Source of the DNA: Obrimoposthia wandeli
Lineage: Eukaryota
Length of the DNA: 64,000 nt
NCBI GenBank assembly: GCA_977020255.1
Contig: CDROCS010001315.1
Span: forward strand, 62,001-126,000
Direction of reading: 5' to 3'
Shown here: piece after piece, positions 49,731 to 64,000 of the stretch
Layout: each line of letters begins with the position of its first letter
Numbering within the stretch: position 1 is the first letter of the stretch
Program-made: the position numbers and the translations under genes
Notes under the pieces: model-generated
The model's input: the letters and a program-made list of their open reading frames with translations, nothing else
What the model was told of the DNA's origin: nothing
The model's database searches: none

Positions 49731-51799
49731 AGGGATATTAGTTTAAATTGGCATTACTAAATCTGCCAATAAAATATGTCTCTAAAAATAACTCAATGTG
49801 TCAATATTACCATTGTCTAACTACAGTTCCCAATACGACTGCCAGTTAGTTTTACTTCCCATTTACCAATGTCAAAGTTATATAACAGATTTCCGAAAAT
49901 TTCAAAATTTCAAAACAAAATTTGTATAAAAAATTTAACAATTACTTCTATTTTAAAATAAAGTATTTTAAAGCAATTTTACAAGGATTTGTCTATCAGA
50001 CCTAATTAGTTTTTGCTAAACTATTTCTCAGATAAAGCAAAATCTCAGGATATAACCACTGATTCATTTTAACGCATTTATGAAGTTCGCCTCTTGTTCG
50101 CTTGGACGAAAGCCAATATCAATTTGCAGATAAAGGCAAAAGAGGTGGACTATCCAAACACATTTTGTTATATATATTGAGCACTGATTAAGTCAAATTA
50201 GAATTAAATTAAATTTTGTGTTTTTATTGTAAATTTGAAAGGTAAATCTGTTACAATTTTATATTTTTTATAATTCTTTAAATATAACTTGTAATTCTTA
50301 AATTATCACTTACACACTTTTAATAATACATTTATGATAAAACTAAATAAAGGGATTCTTTGCAATATTGTCAAATATCAATAGATGTTCAAGAAACCAT
50401 TGGAGATTTTTCAAGCATATTAAAATTGTTTAAATAAGTAAATTGTATCGATTGCGGAGTTTTGGTTAAAATAATGTAATACGATTTAAAAATATATTTT
50501 GCAACGTAACACGAAAATATTCAATATACTGAACACATGTTTTCAGCCTTAGTTTTGTATTTGCATTACAATATAAATAATCATTATCCAGCCTCACAAA
50601 TTTTAAACAATTATTTTATGTCTATAAAAGGCATTTTTATTACATTTATCCTTTTTTAATTACATTATGTTTCTAATTTGTAAGATTTTTCTATCAGATG
50701 TGTATACTGGAAGGATAAATTTAGAAAATAAAGTTACTGATAAAGATTTAGAATTAGAGTATACAAATATACATTTCATTAAAAGGGCAAAATACCATTT
50801 GTTACGCAGTGTTATTTTATAATTAATTGATTTTGTTTAAAATGTTTATTGAAGTACGTTTAACTGACATTACGGTTTAGAGGTCAAGTAAATATAAGTA
50901 TGAAAGCAACTTTGTTCTATTACTAAAACATAAAATTGCGACAATTTTGTAAAATGATAGCTCAAAATTTAATAAGTGGTTAAAGAATAATAATATTTGA
51001 TATTTATTTAGTAAGTATGACTTGTTGGACGAATTGAAATAATACCTCATGTTAATTAAATTATAATGGTTACGTTAAAGTTCAGTTTATTTAATTTAAC
51101 GATATACAATCAAACCTCTCGACAATGAATCCTCTTTAAACGAAAATCAACTTGAAATAACTACAAAATGTTTTTTTCTGTGTTTATATAGTTCAGTAAC
51201 AATCAGTACAATGCAAGTTATCCATAAATATTGTCAGCCAAAATTGATTATCAAAACTAACATATCACCATTCTAAAAAGAAAGAGTCAGTGTCTTCATC
51301 AGGAATTTTGAACCCACAATTGAATTTATGTGGATATTTTTTAAAATGAATGTTTTTTGTTGGTGTTAAGAAAATAAAATCCCATTCTTTATTTTATGTA
51401 AACTTTCCTGACTAACATTGTTTAAAAAATATATTTTATATAACATTGATACTTAAATCTCTTCGAATTAATTTTATTATTCCCTTACAAAATAACCTTC
51501 TCGAAATTCAGCGTAGAATATCATTTATGGGATTGAGTATTGTTGGGGCCGTATAATCTTGGTTGAATAGCGGGTAAAAATCATATTAACTCCTAACTAT
51601 CGACTATTGATTTTTTAATATTAATTTTATTGTTTTATTTATGAAATTATAAATTTTAAATCTGACACCGCATCCTGACGTCGTAATAAGTAAAATAACG
51701 ATCATACCAATAGGCATAATTCTTTGCCTAAATCAGAGCCGTAGCTAGAGTTGGGAACTTCTAATAAAATATGTCGACCGAGAAATACTCCAAATCTTA

Positions 51800-52400
51800 T
51801 TCAAGACACCGCAATAAATTACACTTCCTCAATTAATATCAGAGGGGTGTTAATCCCAGTTACGGTACTGGCTGAATTAGAGGATGCACATATAGCTTGA
51901 ATTAGAAGAAAGTGTACTGAAGTGAAAATTTGTTAATTTTTAGAAGTTATATATTGAAATACCTTTTACAGAACTTCAGGTACAGATTTATTGACAAAAA
52001 CTCTCAAATGTGTATTTAAATAACGTTTAATTGAGCTGCTATTGAATATGAACTTCTCCTTCTCCATACCGATGTTTTGGGATGTTGTATCACAGGCGTG
52101 TTCATCTACTACCGGACTCGTCAATCGGTTGGCTTTGCAATATCTCCTTTTTTGCAGGAGTTCAAATATTTCGCAAAGTCGGAGATAATATAAAAATAAA
52201 TAGCGACACAGCTGATAAATTCATTCTTACATACATACAACAAGCAATCACAAGCAATCACATATCTTTCAAAACCAATTTCAAATTAAATGAAGAAATA
52301 AAAATGAGAGTATTATAAAACAAATCTTTATAGCAGAAAACCCGATTATCTTATCCCGACACAGAAACGTCTAAAAGAAAGCATCCTGTGACGCTGGGTC
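51800..52400 (+). pseudogene. Highly degraded Gypsy integrase remnant
   Basis: RGVLIPVTVLAELEDAHI resembles the zinc-binding domain start. FIYYRTRQSVGFAISPF resembles LxAYRxxPxxxTGxSPF. Confidence 0.35.
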
Positions 52401-55400
52401 GAGTTGTCTCAATCCCTAAGTGCACTGAGGTCCTTTAATCTGGATTCACATGCTGTCGTTGTCGACTATCTCCTTCTTGGTCAAATCTCCATGTGATTTG
52501 CTTCCCAACAGTGGCAGGCAGCAAAAGCAGTTATCTTTCCCCTGTCTACCAACAACAATCTATCCCTGCCGTCACCCGCCACCAGACACTTCTCACATGA
52601 TAATGAATTACTACAAGAAAAAATGACAAGAAGAAGTGATGGTATAATTTCAAGAAAAGGAAAAAAATATAGTACTGATTGCCGAACAAGAAGACTACAC
52701 AAGAAGAGAAACAGTAATTACTGAAGAAGAACTGAGAAAGCGCAATTATCACGGATATAGTTACAGCGCAAGGATACAGCTGCAGTAGATATATAAAAAC
52801 AATTATCTTCCAGGAAACCGCGATTGTAAGAATCGAAAGAAATATGACATTTTGAGCAAGGACCATGAGACGCGACAAAACGTCAAGAACCACGATATGA
52901 ATTTTCACTGACCAGGAAATTTGTAAGACCGATAAATACACGTGTATTGTTAATAAACTCAGATAAACTCTAAGTCCATTTCGCATAAGTGAGGGAATAT
53001 ATATAACCCCCTGATAAATACCGATAACCACTGCTTTGAAATAATTCCTGAGCTGATTTTGTAAAAATTTGGAACTAAATATTAGGAGGTAGTTTTCTGA
53101 TTACTAATTGTAAAATTGTAGATCTAAGTTATTTTGTTATTTGACTAACCCAGCGTATAGAAATTAAACATCTAACTAATTAGGAATTAGATTGTTTCAC
53201 ATAGGAAGGGTCACGACTCTCCGGATTCGATGTGTAAAATATTCTTAGGGTTTCAACCTTCCCAAACACTATCCATATCGCATATCAGAAAATTTGTGTG
53301 ACAGCAGAATCATCCAGCTTATAAATTGTAAAATTTGTTGGTTTAGGCTTAGCCAGACATTTTAGGAAGGAATTATTTCGATTGCTCAACCAATTACAAA
53401 TCCGTCTCACATGACACTATACTAGTTTTGGGGAATAAATATCTGATAACTTGTACACAAGTCAACATAATAAAACATTCAGAACATTAAGACTAGGTAG
53501 GACACAAAGACCTCGAAGACCTACCAGTATAGAACTCATGTTTGGGGCTTCCATGCAGGGATGCTAAAAGGAGCTTTTAAAAAAACCAACACCTGAAATA
53601 TCTTTAAAAATCAAAAATTGTATATTAAATGAATAATGAAAGTCTGACATTGAATTCAATTTTATTGGACAGGGTTTTAAATATATTGAAACTCCACAAT
53701 GTAATTTTCAAAAAAATTAAAGTATTAAATTCAAGTCGATTTAAATCGATGTTTTACAATAATGAAAATACATCAAGGAAATAAACAACATTAAATAAAT
53801 AAAAGTTTATGCTTAGTAAAATGGTGACATCTGGAAAAAAGGTTCAACATAGTTTAACTTTAATAATTTTTTTTTATATTTAAAACTATTTCTACGACTC
53901 AAGTAAGAGTTTCGAACGCTAAAAGTTAACTAATTAAACATTTATAATTTTTTTGAAACGAAAACTCAACATAAAATAATTGTAAGATTTGTGTCTTTCA
54001 TATGAAGCAAACACAAATCTAATAAACATTATTATATAAATTTTGTTTGTAGAAATGTATCTTGGTATCATAATTATTTCCAAAATTTGTCATGAAGTTA
54101 ATTTTTTAGTTACATTCAACAATTTTTTTTTATAAATACAAAAAAAGAGTACTAAATAATTATTGAAATGAAGTTAAAAATACTTAAAATATCATGCTAT
54201 TGTATAATAAATATTATAAATAATAGAAAAAATCTAGACTAACAATCATTCTCTAATTAAAACTAAATCATAAAATTTAACTTTGCATAATATTAAATAA
54301 TTTTAAACATATGACTAATGTAATTTTAATACTTATTTTTATTTCACCAATATAACAAAAGAAAAAACAAGGAAAATTCGAGTGCTGACTTTAAGTAAGT
54401 TCTCTTTGACCGTTTAAAATGTTCTTTCTTTGGTGATTATTTAGTTATAAAATATTTTCATTAACCCTCATTCTTATATTAATTTTAAATAAACCGAAAT
54501 GTAGGAAAATCAAGTTTTATTTGTTTCATTTGCATGTTTTACTTTCTAGTTTAAATTTTTCAATTAATCTTTGCATTATATATCAGAAACTATTTTTATA
54601 CAAATTGCAGCCTGGTCCTGAAATTGTTAATTTTAGTGATTTTTGTTGGTATAAGCAAACCTGGACGTATTTTATTAAATGAAATATTATTTTTCTTTTT
54701 GTCTTTAAAAGATCTTTCTAATTATTAATGAAATATGAGTTTACAATGAGTGCTCGATCATAAAAACACCGTATTCCTTAACGTTTTGTCTAAAGTCTGG
54801 AAGATCACTGTTGTTAAATCGACGCGTGGAAACCATCTGATTCTTTCACCTTTCATCAATCCTAAAAATATAAATTGTAAACACACGAGAACAATTAATC
54901 ATTATCTATAAAACCATTTAAACATTTTTAAAAAGTTTTAAAAAGTTTTAAAAAATAATAAAAAATAATAAAAATAAACAATCTAAAATTTTTAAAACAA
55001 AATATATTTAAAATCATTTTTGATTTAAAAAAGCTATTCACATTATTCAAGGTACTTTAATTACTTTTATTTAATGCTGTTTTATAACAAATCGAGATTT
55101 TTTCATTCATTAGCCGTATTTTGGGTATTTAGATTAAATTAAGATTATCGTTAATTATCGTAATTTGTTAAATTTCTAAATGTATTTTAAAAGTATGAAC
55201 TTTGAGTTTGAAATATTAATTTTTGTACATTAGTTTACATGAATAAGGATAAAATAACCTTAAATCAAAGGCAATAAAAACATTATTTTGATTTTCATGT
55301 TACTATTTCATTGTAAAAACCTTTTAAGATAAATAATGAAAATAACAACATTTCACAAAAAGACAATTACAACTCTTTCGATTTTTCTAGACCTTATTTT

Positions 55401-56852
55401 GTACCTAAAGTTAAATAAAATAATAAAAACACTAATATTTAGAGTAGTTTCAGAAGTAATTATCAGATTGAATATATAATGTTTTACGAGAAACATAGAG
55501 GTGATACAGAGTTTAAAGTGGTTTTATTGAAATAAGCATAAAATATTTCTAGATATCCATATTTCTGTTACAACATCAATAAATTTGGTGCTGTACAGTA
55601 TTATTAATCAGTTGATGTAAAAGTGAACAATATGTCTCGTGTATTTTACCTGAATTGCTAAAAAAATAATTGAAATGAAAATAACTGTTAAAGGAACAAA
55701 GTAATAAATAAGTTTAATTATTCTTAGAATAAAATGTAATCGACTAAATTTAATTAAATTTGTCAAACATTATATAATTATATGTTTTTATTAAATAAAA
55801 TGGAAGACGTAGAAATAATATACCAAATAGATAATTCTTCTCAACGTTCTTAAATTATTATTTTTAAAATTTTTATTTAATAATTATATTAAGTTTACAA
55901 TTTCTTATTTTTTCGAGTATTTATAATAAAAGCGTTTTTATTGTACCTTTAAAATATCCACAGCAATTGGGCACCAAGGGTGTGCGCCAAGGTTATTTGA
56001 AGCCAAAAGGTTTTGTAAACTTTAGACAGTTTTTACGAGTTATTTGATGAGATTGGAATACTTTTGATTGTATTTGCTTCTCAAACAAATCATTAATTAA
56101 TTCATAACGATTCGATTGTCATGCAGATGGGGAGCTGTCTTTCTATATGGAAAAGGTTTAAAAATGTTACCCACGAACAATTAAGCGAGCCTATTGAAGA
56201 GTATTCCTCCTCCGATATTGGACAAAATGGCCTTGTTGTCAATGAGGTTTTGGCTGAAATTTGGATATGAAATTTTATCAATTGGTTTTAGGAAGTTGCA
56301 GTTCTGACTTTGATATTCACAATTTTTTAAATACATAATACAAATAATTTATTAAATTTTTATTTTGTTTAAATGTTATTTATAACGATAATATTTCAGT
56401 AATTTGGGAAAATGTTCAATAAAAATCATCTAAAATCAAAACTCAAACTTTATATTAAAATATTTTTTTGTAATTGCATCTTGATTATAATTTTATTAAG
56501 ATTCAAGAACTACAAAAAATTTATAATGCTCATTAAAATATAGATACCGTGGAAATCTAGATAAAATCATTACTACAAAAGAAGATCCCATAAAAATTGT
56601 AAATTTTATTAATAAATAAAATTGACTCAATAATATTTAACTATGTTCTAAACTTTTATTACCTTAGATATTTATCACACATGGAAAAATAAATTAAATA
56701 TGGAATTTAATAATGTATTATTTTAAAAAATTGGAATTTAATATCGCTGATATAGCTAAAGAAGCCGGTAAGATAGCAGGTAACCTTATAAAGCTTAAGA
56801 ATTAGATAAATGTTTGTAATTTAATTAAGTCAAACTTTCTATTAACACAAAA

Positions 56853-57636
56853 ATGAGGCTCGGAGTGACTTTGCAAACTGCCAGAAATGATCGAAAAATA
56901 ATAAAAAGTGCCGGTTGTAATTCTCAAATCACATCAGAATAAATTGTGAACAGTTGGGATATAAATATTTCAGATATAGCGTCCGTCGTCGATTAAAATC
57001 ATTTTGTTGTAAAGAGACAAAGAGACAAAAATCTTAAATTATTCTTTCGCAAGCTCAAAATGAATACAGACTAAAATGGTCCATGCGACATTGCTTGTGG
57101 AGCCTAAGGTCAAGAACTGTGTGGTCAGATGAGAGCAGTGTTTATAAATCTCAAACAGACGGAAGAATCCAAATTTAAGTAAGACATAGAGAATAGAATA
57201 TTGAAAAAGCATTTGTACCTTGGGAAGCAATTTGGTTTGGTGTGTGCTCAGAAATTTATATCTCAGAACAAAATATAAATGAAATAAAATCTCCTAAAAA
57301 ATCTTCTTATGATCCTTTCTGTATTTTTAAAGGAAACCCGGAAAAATATTGGTTATTTATGGATGATACTGCAACTTGTTATCGAAGGATTTAAACAAAA
57401 TGTTTTTAAAATTCAAATAAGGCTGAGAGAAACAAAATGGCCAGAAAGGTTCCCATAGAAAACATTAGGTCGTTAATGATAAAAGTATTTATATCAAAAT
57501 TAACTCTTGAACACAATGTAAGTAAATTAAAAGGCATAATCCAAGAAACCTGACGAGATTTATCCCAAGACACAATCAACTTCACCCTTCGAAGCTTGAC
57601 AGAAGTAATCCGAAATAGAGGAGATACAATTAATTA
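56853..57636 (+). pseudogene. Tc1/mariner-superfamily (Tc1-like) transposase remnant
   Basis: TARNDRKII..VRRRLK (HTH), VWSDES (57119), FMDDTATCYR (57356), KWP...IEN (57435), TEVIRNRGDTIN* terminal motif. Confidence 0.8.
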
Positions 57637-60600
57637 ATAATATTTATGTTAGGTTGTGTATACAATTCCGATTAGTTTAATACTCATGTCTTATATATTT
57701 TTAAGTATTTTATGGCTACTACTACATGTGTGATAATAAAATTACAAAATAAATTCTCATCTATTTAAAATTTCTAAAGTATGAAAATTTAGAAAAAATA
57801 CTCTTTATATGGTATAAATGTAAAAAAGATAAAGAAAAGTAATTAGATACAAAAACGCTTAAGTCAATTATCAAATTTATTTGTTCACGTTTCTTATCTC
57901 TTTTAAGAGTCTAATTTTTATTTGGAATTACTCTCAGTACGGAGATCTTTATTATGCATATCGGCTAACAGAAGTTTACAAATATTTAATTATATTATAA
58001 TGTACACATTGTTCGGTTTGGTTCTCGTACAAGATTTTGATTATTTGTTCACCTCTCAAATTATTGACCCTATCAATATTTCACAAATAATAAATGTTAG
58101 AAAAATATTGACCTCTTTCCAGAATTCAGCATCATTCAGATAAAATTTACGCATTTCTATGCTTCTTCAGCCTCATAAAAGTGACTACACCGCCATTTGC
58201 TACATCACAAGAACCATTTTGTATCTGCAAATAGATTACAGTTGAATTAGAAGCAAAACAAACTTCTCCCTTCTGAGGAAATGGTTATTACATTCAGAGT
58301 TCTTTACTGTTCTGAAAAGGTTTGGAGGAAAGATAAAAATTGTGATAGTAAAATATGTAAAATATTAAATAATAAGCTTTATTTTATGTTGATTCCTCTA
58401 ATAATTTATTTTGCTATCAAGAAAACTCTTTCTTTGGATATTTCTAAAACAATTATTTTAGTTGGAAAGAAGTGACTCATAAAAATAATTACATTTAAAT
58501 ATTTATAACTGTAAATTGGCATAATAAGAAGAAAAAAAAATAAAAACCCTTAAGAAACTATTGCTTGGAGAAGCCGATGAATCACCCTTTTAAAACTGGT
58601 GGTCTTTAAAGTATACTAAAAAAAGAAAAAAGCAATTTATAATTATTATTTATATTTTTTGTTTCTTCCGCCCAGTTTCCTTAAACATTTACTTGCATAA
58701 TATAAATGTAGCAACCTTTCTTTGACTAAATTTTCTTGTAAAAACTTTATTATTAATCTTCTTTACTTTTACTTTAAACAATGTAGATGAATTTAAGATG
58801 TTTAATGTTTGAATTAGAAAATTAAAAATGAATGACAAAATTTAACTATCAAATATTTATTTATACCACATTGTATACTTAATTATGTTTATGAAATGTT
58901 TATAGCATCAATAGTTAAAATTTGAATTGGATGGGTACCATTTATTTATTTTTGTGATTTTATCTGGTAATATGATAAATAATATTTTATACAATATATC
59001 TCGTCTGGTATTTGATTTAGGCGACTGTTCAAATAAACAATATAAAACTTGTAATTTATCTGACCATTTAATGTACAACATTTAAAACAACAACTGCTGG
59101 TTACAACCTTACAACCTTACAACCTCGAATAAAAGTTTAGATAAATAAGGCCTATTCAGTTGAAAATGTAAACCTTAAATTGATTCCAATTTCTATTGAG
59201 GGTCGCTGACAGTGTAGTTTATGCTGTGTGGAATTGTTCTCTTGACGATTTTCTGAAAAATATTAATAAAACTAACTACCATTATTTCAGATTCCAGGAA
59301 AATTCTTTAGAAAGTATTTAATCATTACTATTTATATTATTTGTCAAATTAGTTTCAGAATAATTTTTAAAAACTTACCTATGTTTGAACATTGTATTTA
59401 CAAGTGATGATTTTGGAAATTTTATATGGAAGTATTTCTAAATGGAATTATTATAAGAATATTTTAAAATAAAAGAGTTACTCACTTAGACTAACCCTGC
59501 AAGCAATTATAGATGATATCATACGCATTTTCCATAAAGATTAAGCCATTCAATGCTATAATGAGATTAATTTATATTGAAATGCTAGTGATGAAAACAA
59601 TTTTTTCTCTCTGAAATAAGTTTCCCCAACATGTTGTCAGATTTCTAAGTAAATTGTCAATTGCAATTGTAGAAGAGGTAAACCAAACGAAATAAGTCAT
59701 GCGGAAGTACATATTTCATAATTTCAGTCTACAAAAAGCAATTACCGGTTATATTGTTTGATATAATTTCCATTGGTCTGTCTACAGTTATATAAAACAC
59801 GACTGCTAATGTAACACTGGAACACTAAAGATATTGAATAAAGTCCCGTCAACTCTTCAAATTTGGTAGTCTGTGTTGCTACAGGGTCTATATATACTCG
59901 AATAATTCCAAGAACTATGTAATGTCAATCTTTGTTGATACATAGTCAACCAATTACAAAATATGAATAATTTAATTAGGTGAATATATGGCTAAAACGT
60001 TTTGCCTACGTATCGATGTTTGACACGCATCTTATAATTCGTTTTGCAGCAAATCCTGTTGTAGCATTCTTACAATGAAATAACGGAGGTATTTCACATA
60101 ATAGAAAGAGAATAAATAAGACTTAAGAATCTAAATATTATCATGACACTTTAATGTGACCTTCATAATCTTCCATATCGTTTTTATGTTTATTTTCCAA
60201 ATCTGTTTGTTTCAAATCTTTGGATTTGAATAAATAGTTTCCGATATTTTCCTTTTGAAAACTTGCCTATAGCAACATCTTTGTATTGAGGGAAGAGATG
60301 ATGATCTCTTCTGATAAAAACCGTAGAATCCAGAATTTTTATATATAATTTGAGTCCATCTTTGAAATGATAAAAATTTTGATTTTGCTAGAATAATATG
60401 AATCTGGAATTTAAAGAATTTGGGAATTTTGAGAAAGTTCAATGTATGAACAAATTTTGAATCTAAACATATTGATTAATAAAATTTCATAAATTTCCGT
60501 ATAATTAGAATCAATATTTACATTATCATCATCAAGATCCTTGTTCTTCACTCCATTTGACGATGAGCTCTTCTTCATTAATACGTTTTGAAAACTGAAC

Positions 60601-60879
60601 ATTTGAAAAACGAAAAATGTGTTTATACATATAGTTATATAATTGAATATTATTGGTTGAAAATTCTGATGTGTTATATGTAACTATATAAAGTGATGAT
60701 TTCATAAATGATTACTATTACAACAAAAATAATCAATAATAATTAAAAAGATACAGTTAACATAAGTTATATTCATTTACAAATCCAATACAAAAAAACA
60801 GTACAATATGTTCTAAAAATGAAAGATTATACTTTAGTTATATTTTCAACTGGCATTTTTTATAGACATTAACATTTTT

Positions 60880-62170
60880 AATAGTCTTTGGGTGTATGTA
60901 GGATAATATGTTGTATGCCAATAATGTATATTAATAGCATGCAAAATGATATTCGCAAATTATATTGTTGAATCTTAATACAAATATCAATTTATATAAA
61001 TTGATTGTTAAAATGAAAAGAAATTGTATGTTTGAACCCGAACTGTTTCCTGCTCTTAGAATATTAAAGTATAATTCGTTGTGTATTATGTATCATATAA
61101 TCTTGGCATTAGAGACTTGCAGTTTCATTTTCAAGTAGAATCGATTGTATATTTTATTATTATATTTTTATAAACAAACTCCCTTTGAATTTATTTTTAC
61201 TAGGCATACACTAATAGACAATATTATACATCACAGAGCTGTAAATGGATTTTTAGTTAAGATAAAAGTGAATTATTCTAAAATAAAAGTTAAATATCTT
61301 AAATATAAATATGAGTTCAATAGATTAATGTTGATGTGTCTAAATTTTAATTGAGATAATTGTGAAGAAAATTTAGCTAAAGTAGGATTTTTGTTAAACA
61401 TGAAGATGGCTCATCTAATAAAGTTACATGTATATTTTGTCATGGTGTATTACTAGATTATGAATTGAATCTATAACCTTTGAAATAACATAAGAAATAT
61501 TTTCCAACATTACCATTCCATTCAAACTAAATTTATCATTTCATTCAATGAAAAATTGTAAATAAAATTAATTTTGATACCTTTTTAAAAAATCAAAGAA
61601 AACTGTTGAAAATGGTTGTGAATTACCCGTTCATTGGAATCACGTGAACGTTGATGATGATATAGCTAAGAAATCGAAAACCATACGTATTAGAGAATAT
61701 CCAATAACTGAAAAAGAAAATGGTTGTAGAATTGATACTAGAAGTGTTTCAATGATGAAAAGTATTTTAGAAAGATAGAATAAGATCAGTTTTAAAATAT
61801 AGTTTAACTCAAAATTGAGATTATAAAACGATATTTGACATGGTTCATGACTTTACTAATTCGAAAGTAGATGTAGCGGACTCATATGTATATATATTTT
61901 CATACTTATTAGAAGATTCTGAGTGTGAAGTATCTTTAAGTGAAAGTATTGAAGTAGCATTTCTGATTTGTGGAAACATGATACTTGTTCAAATTGTTCT
62001 AAAATGTTTTAAAAAACATGTTCTATATGCAGATGTTTGATTGATCAAAAGGTTTGACTTTAAAACATGAAAAAATTAAATTATACATTTGTAATCCAAA
62101 ATAATACCAATGCTTTAATAGGCCGTGCATTTGATGAATTTATGACTGGTAAAGTAAAGAGTATATAATA
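60880..62170 (+). mobile_element. Old Polinton-related remnant carrying a third TBP-like fragment and a RING-finger fragment
   Basis: MKRNCMFEPELFPALRILKYNSLC at ~61013-61084. TTTTATAAACAAAC matches 39090. A RING-like string lies at 61924-62033. Confidence 0.6.
61924..62033 (+). pseudogene. C3HC4 RING-finger remnant
   Basis: CEVSLSESIEVAFLICG-(frameshift)-HDTCSNCSKMF*KTCSICR. The second Cys codon is TCT, one change from TGT. Confidence 0.6.
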
Positions 62171-62421
62171 TTTTTTCTGATTTAAAATATTTCAAGCGTG
62201 ATAATGTCAAGTAAATTGTCGTTCTCGTGTATATCGTGATTTTAATATGAAAACGGATTTTGAAACATTTGTCAAACCAATAAACTCAATGTTATTGTTA
62301 GATCAAAAATATTAATGATAAGTACTTAACCTCAAAATGTTCAAAGTTTAAATAAATAAATAAAATAAAAGTATGTTTGAAATAAATTGAATCCTTGGAG
62401 AGGTCATGGAATGCGCATAAA

Positions 62422-63026
62422 TGTAAGGGACAAGTATAAAATATGTGGCGGAAAATTGAGATATAAGACGCTATAAAGAATTGTTAGAAAAATGCAATAG
62501 AAACAGAAAATAATTATATATTTAGAATTATTGAAAAAGTGATGAATTATCGCACTATAACATTCTGCCATTCCGATTGGTTAGCGCGACGATATTTGGC
62601 CTGACGAAATACCAGATGAATTTCATATATAAAATTGTTTATCAGTAACGACAGACATAGCAGAAAATTGTATAGATAGCGGAAAGTTGTAGTGATCGCA
62701 GAAAATCGAAGCACATGTGATCTGAGAAGAAGTTGTAGAGAAGAAGCTGAATCAAGTTAATCAAATAAATACATTGATCGGAGTCTGGATTTCGTGTGGA
62801 AAAGCGACGAAAATAATCGGTGAGATAATATTATTATCATAAAGTGATTTTAGTAAATTGATAACCCAGTAGATTGAATCAAAGAGACCGATGGGTATTA
62901 ATTAAATAGTGATTTCACAAGTTATAGAGTGCCGCCCTACTGTTGTGTAACGTTTTAGATAATAACATAGTGGTTTGACAAGATTCCATACATGTGTGTT
63001 TGAAATAAATAAGGTTTAAATTAACA
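62422..63026 (+). mobile_element. Probable solo LTR
   Basis: TGTAA...TTAACA ends, internal GATTGG, a TATATAAAA box, AATAAA near the 3' end, and flanks TAAA/TAAC (3 of 4 match). Confidence 0.4.
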
Positions 63027-64000
63027 TAACTACACGAATTTATATTCTGACATTAACAACCCTTTGAGTAACTTTCAGAGCAACTAAAAAATTGTTCAGC
63101 CAAGAATTAACCAACGAAACGGTAGTCCAAGCCCTAAGATATTCAAAGAATTCTAGCCAACGTCAATTAATTCCGGCTTAATTTTGCCTATTTCTTTTCT
63201 TGGTTTAACCCAACCATTTTTGAAGTAAAATCTAAATCGGCCTTACCGGGTTATTACATCAGACCTACACAACACAACAATAGTTTTAAGGACCCTCCAG
63301 TTATCATAAACACATACTCTACAACAAACTTAATACCACTAACAAAGTTTGCTTTAAATTTTGTGAAAATTTTAATACAAACAATACATTTAATATTTAT
63401 CTAATATTTAACGAATCTATGATTTATTACTCATAAACACTTTGTGTTTTCCATTATTCTTCATAATATTTTCTGAATAGAAAACCTTTCAGCTGTTTCC
63501 CGAATTTTTCAACATTATAACTTTGAGATGGTTAAAATAAAATATAATCACACTTAAATATTATATTAAAATATCATATTTATTTTATGATTCTTGTATA
63601 TTTGCAAGAGTGGTTGAATGAATCTATGATATACTTAATAACTAAATTATCACAATGACGAAGGAAAAAACAATAACTATATTTTATGTGTTTTATTGAA
63701 AATAAAATGATGATATAAATTTGTTGACCCGAAACAAATCTAACATGGTGACCATGTTAGTTCAATTTGTCAAGCCCCAGAGCAGTACCTCTAAGATATC
63801 AAAAGATTCTTCGAATTGACCCAACTGGAATATGCAAAGATGCAGCAAATTTAGGTAAAAATATTTTTATCAACTTAAGCAGCGAATAAATTTGACGTAG
63901 TAGAACCAAAAAAGACGTATCAAGGATATAACAACGTTAGAACAGGATTTGACAACTGCAGTAGAGTTTAGGAAGAATACAATTTCAGAATATTTTGAAG

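Noticed and set aside
52546-53031. 161-aa hydrophobic ORF resembling a GPCR fragment
   Set aside because: No receptor motifs were recognised and it is antisense to an A-rich degenerate stretch. It is probably compositional.
1-64000. rRNA, tRNA or other structured ncRNA genes
   Set aside because: No recognisable conserved sequence or cloverleaf was seen by eye. A covariance-model scan was not possible.

Overview
AT-rich eukaryotic (invertebrate-like, short GT-AG introns) repeat-dense window with no confidently identifiable conserved host gene. It is dominated by remnants of one Polinton/Maverick (adintovirus-like) family. (1) A nearly full + strand copy at 36928-~48020: AGTAG terminus, two paralogous OB/SSB-like ORFs, a spliced TBP-like gene, packaging ATPase, integrase, minor capsid, core-like protein, major capsid, spliced adenain protease and a truncated pPolB. 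(2) A rearranged, chimeric - strand copy at 15794-26643. (3) Three older fragments at 2941-3557, 10333-10704 and ~60880-62170. Most Polinton genes carry stops or frameshifts. The most unusual signals are a two-lobed TATA-binding-protein-like gene present three times, short spliceosomal introns in several Polinton genes, an in-frame fusion of the TBP fold to a SIM-like exon-duplicated gene, and a second capsid lineage inside one element. Also present: a degenerate CsRn1-type Ty3/Gypsy element with extreme A+C strand skew, other Gypsy, Pogo and Tc1 remnants, a probable solo LTR, an RFX X-box cluster, and a three-member family of short ORFs that each start directly after a splice-acceptor-like CAG. 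All assignments come from manual motif recognition and manual alignment; no database search was run.
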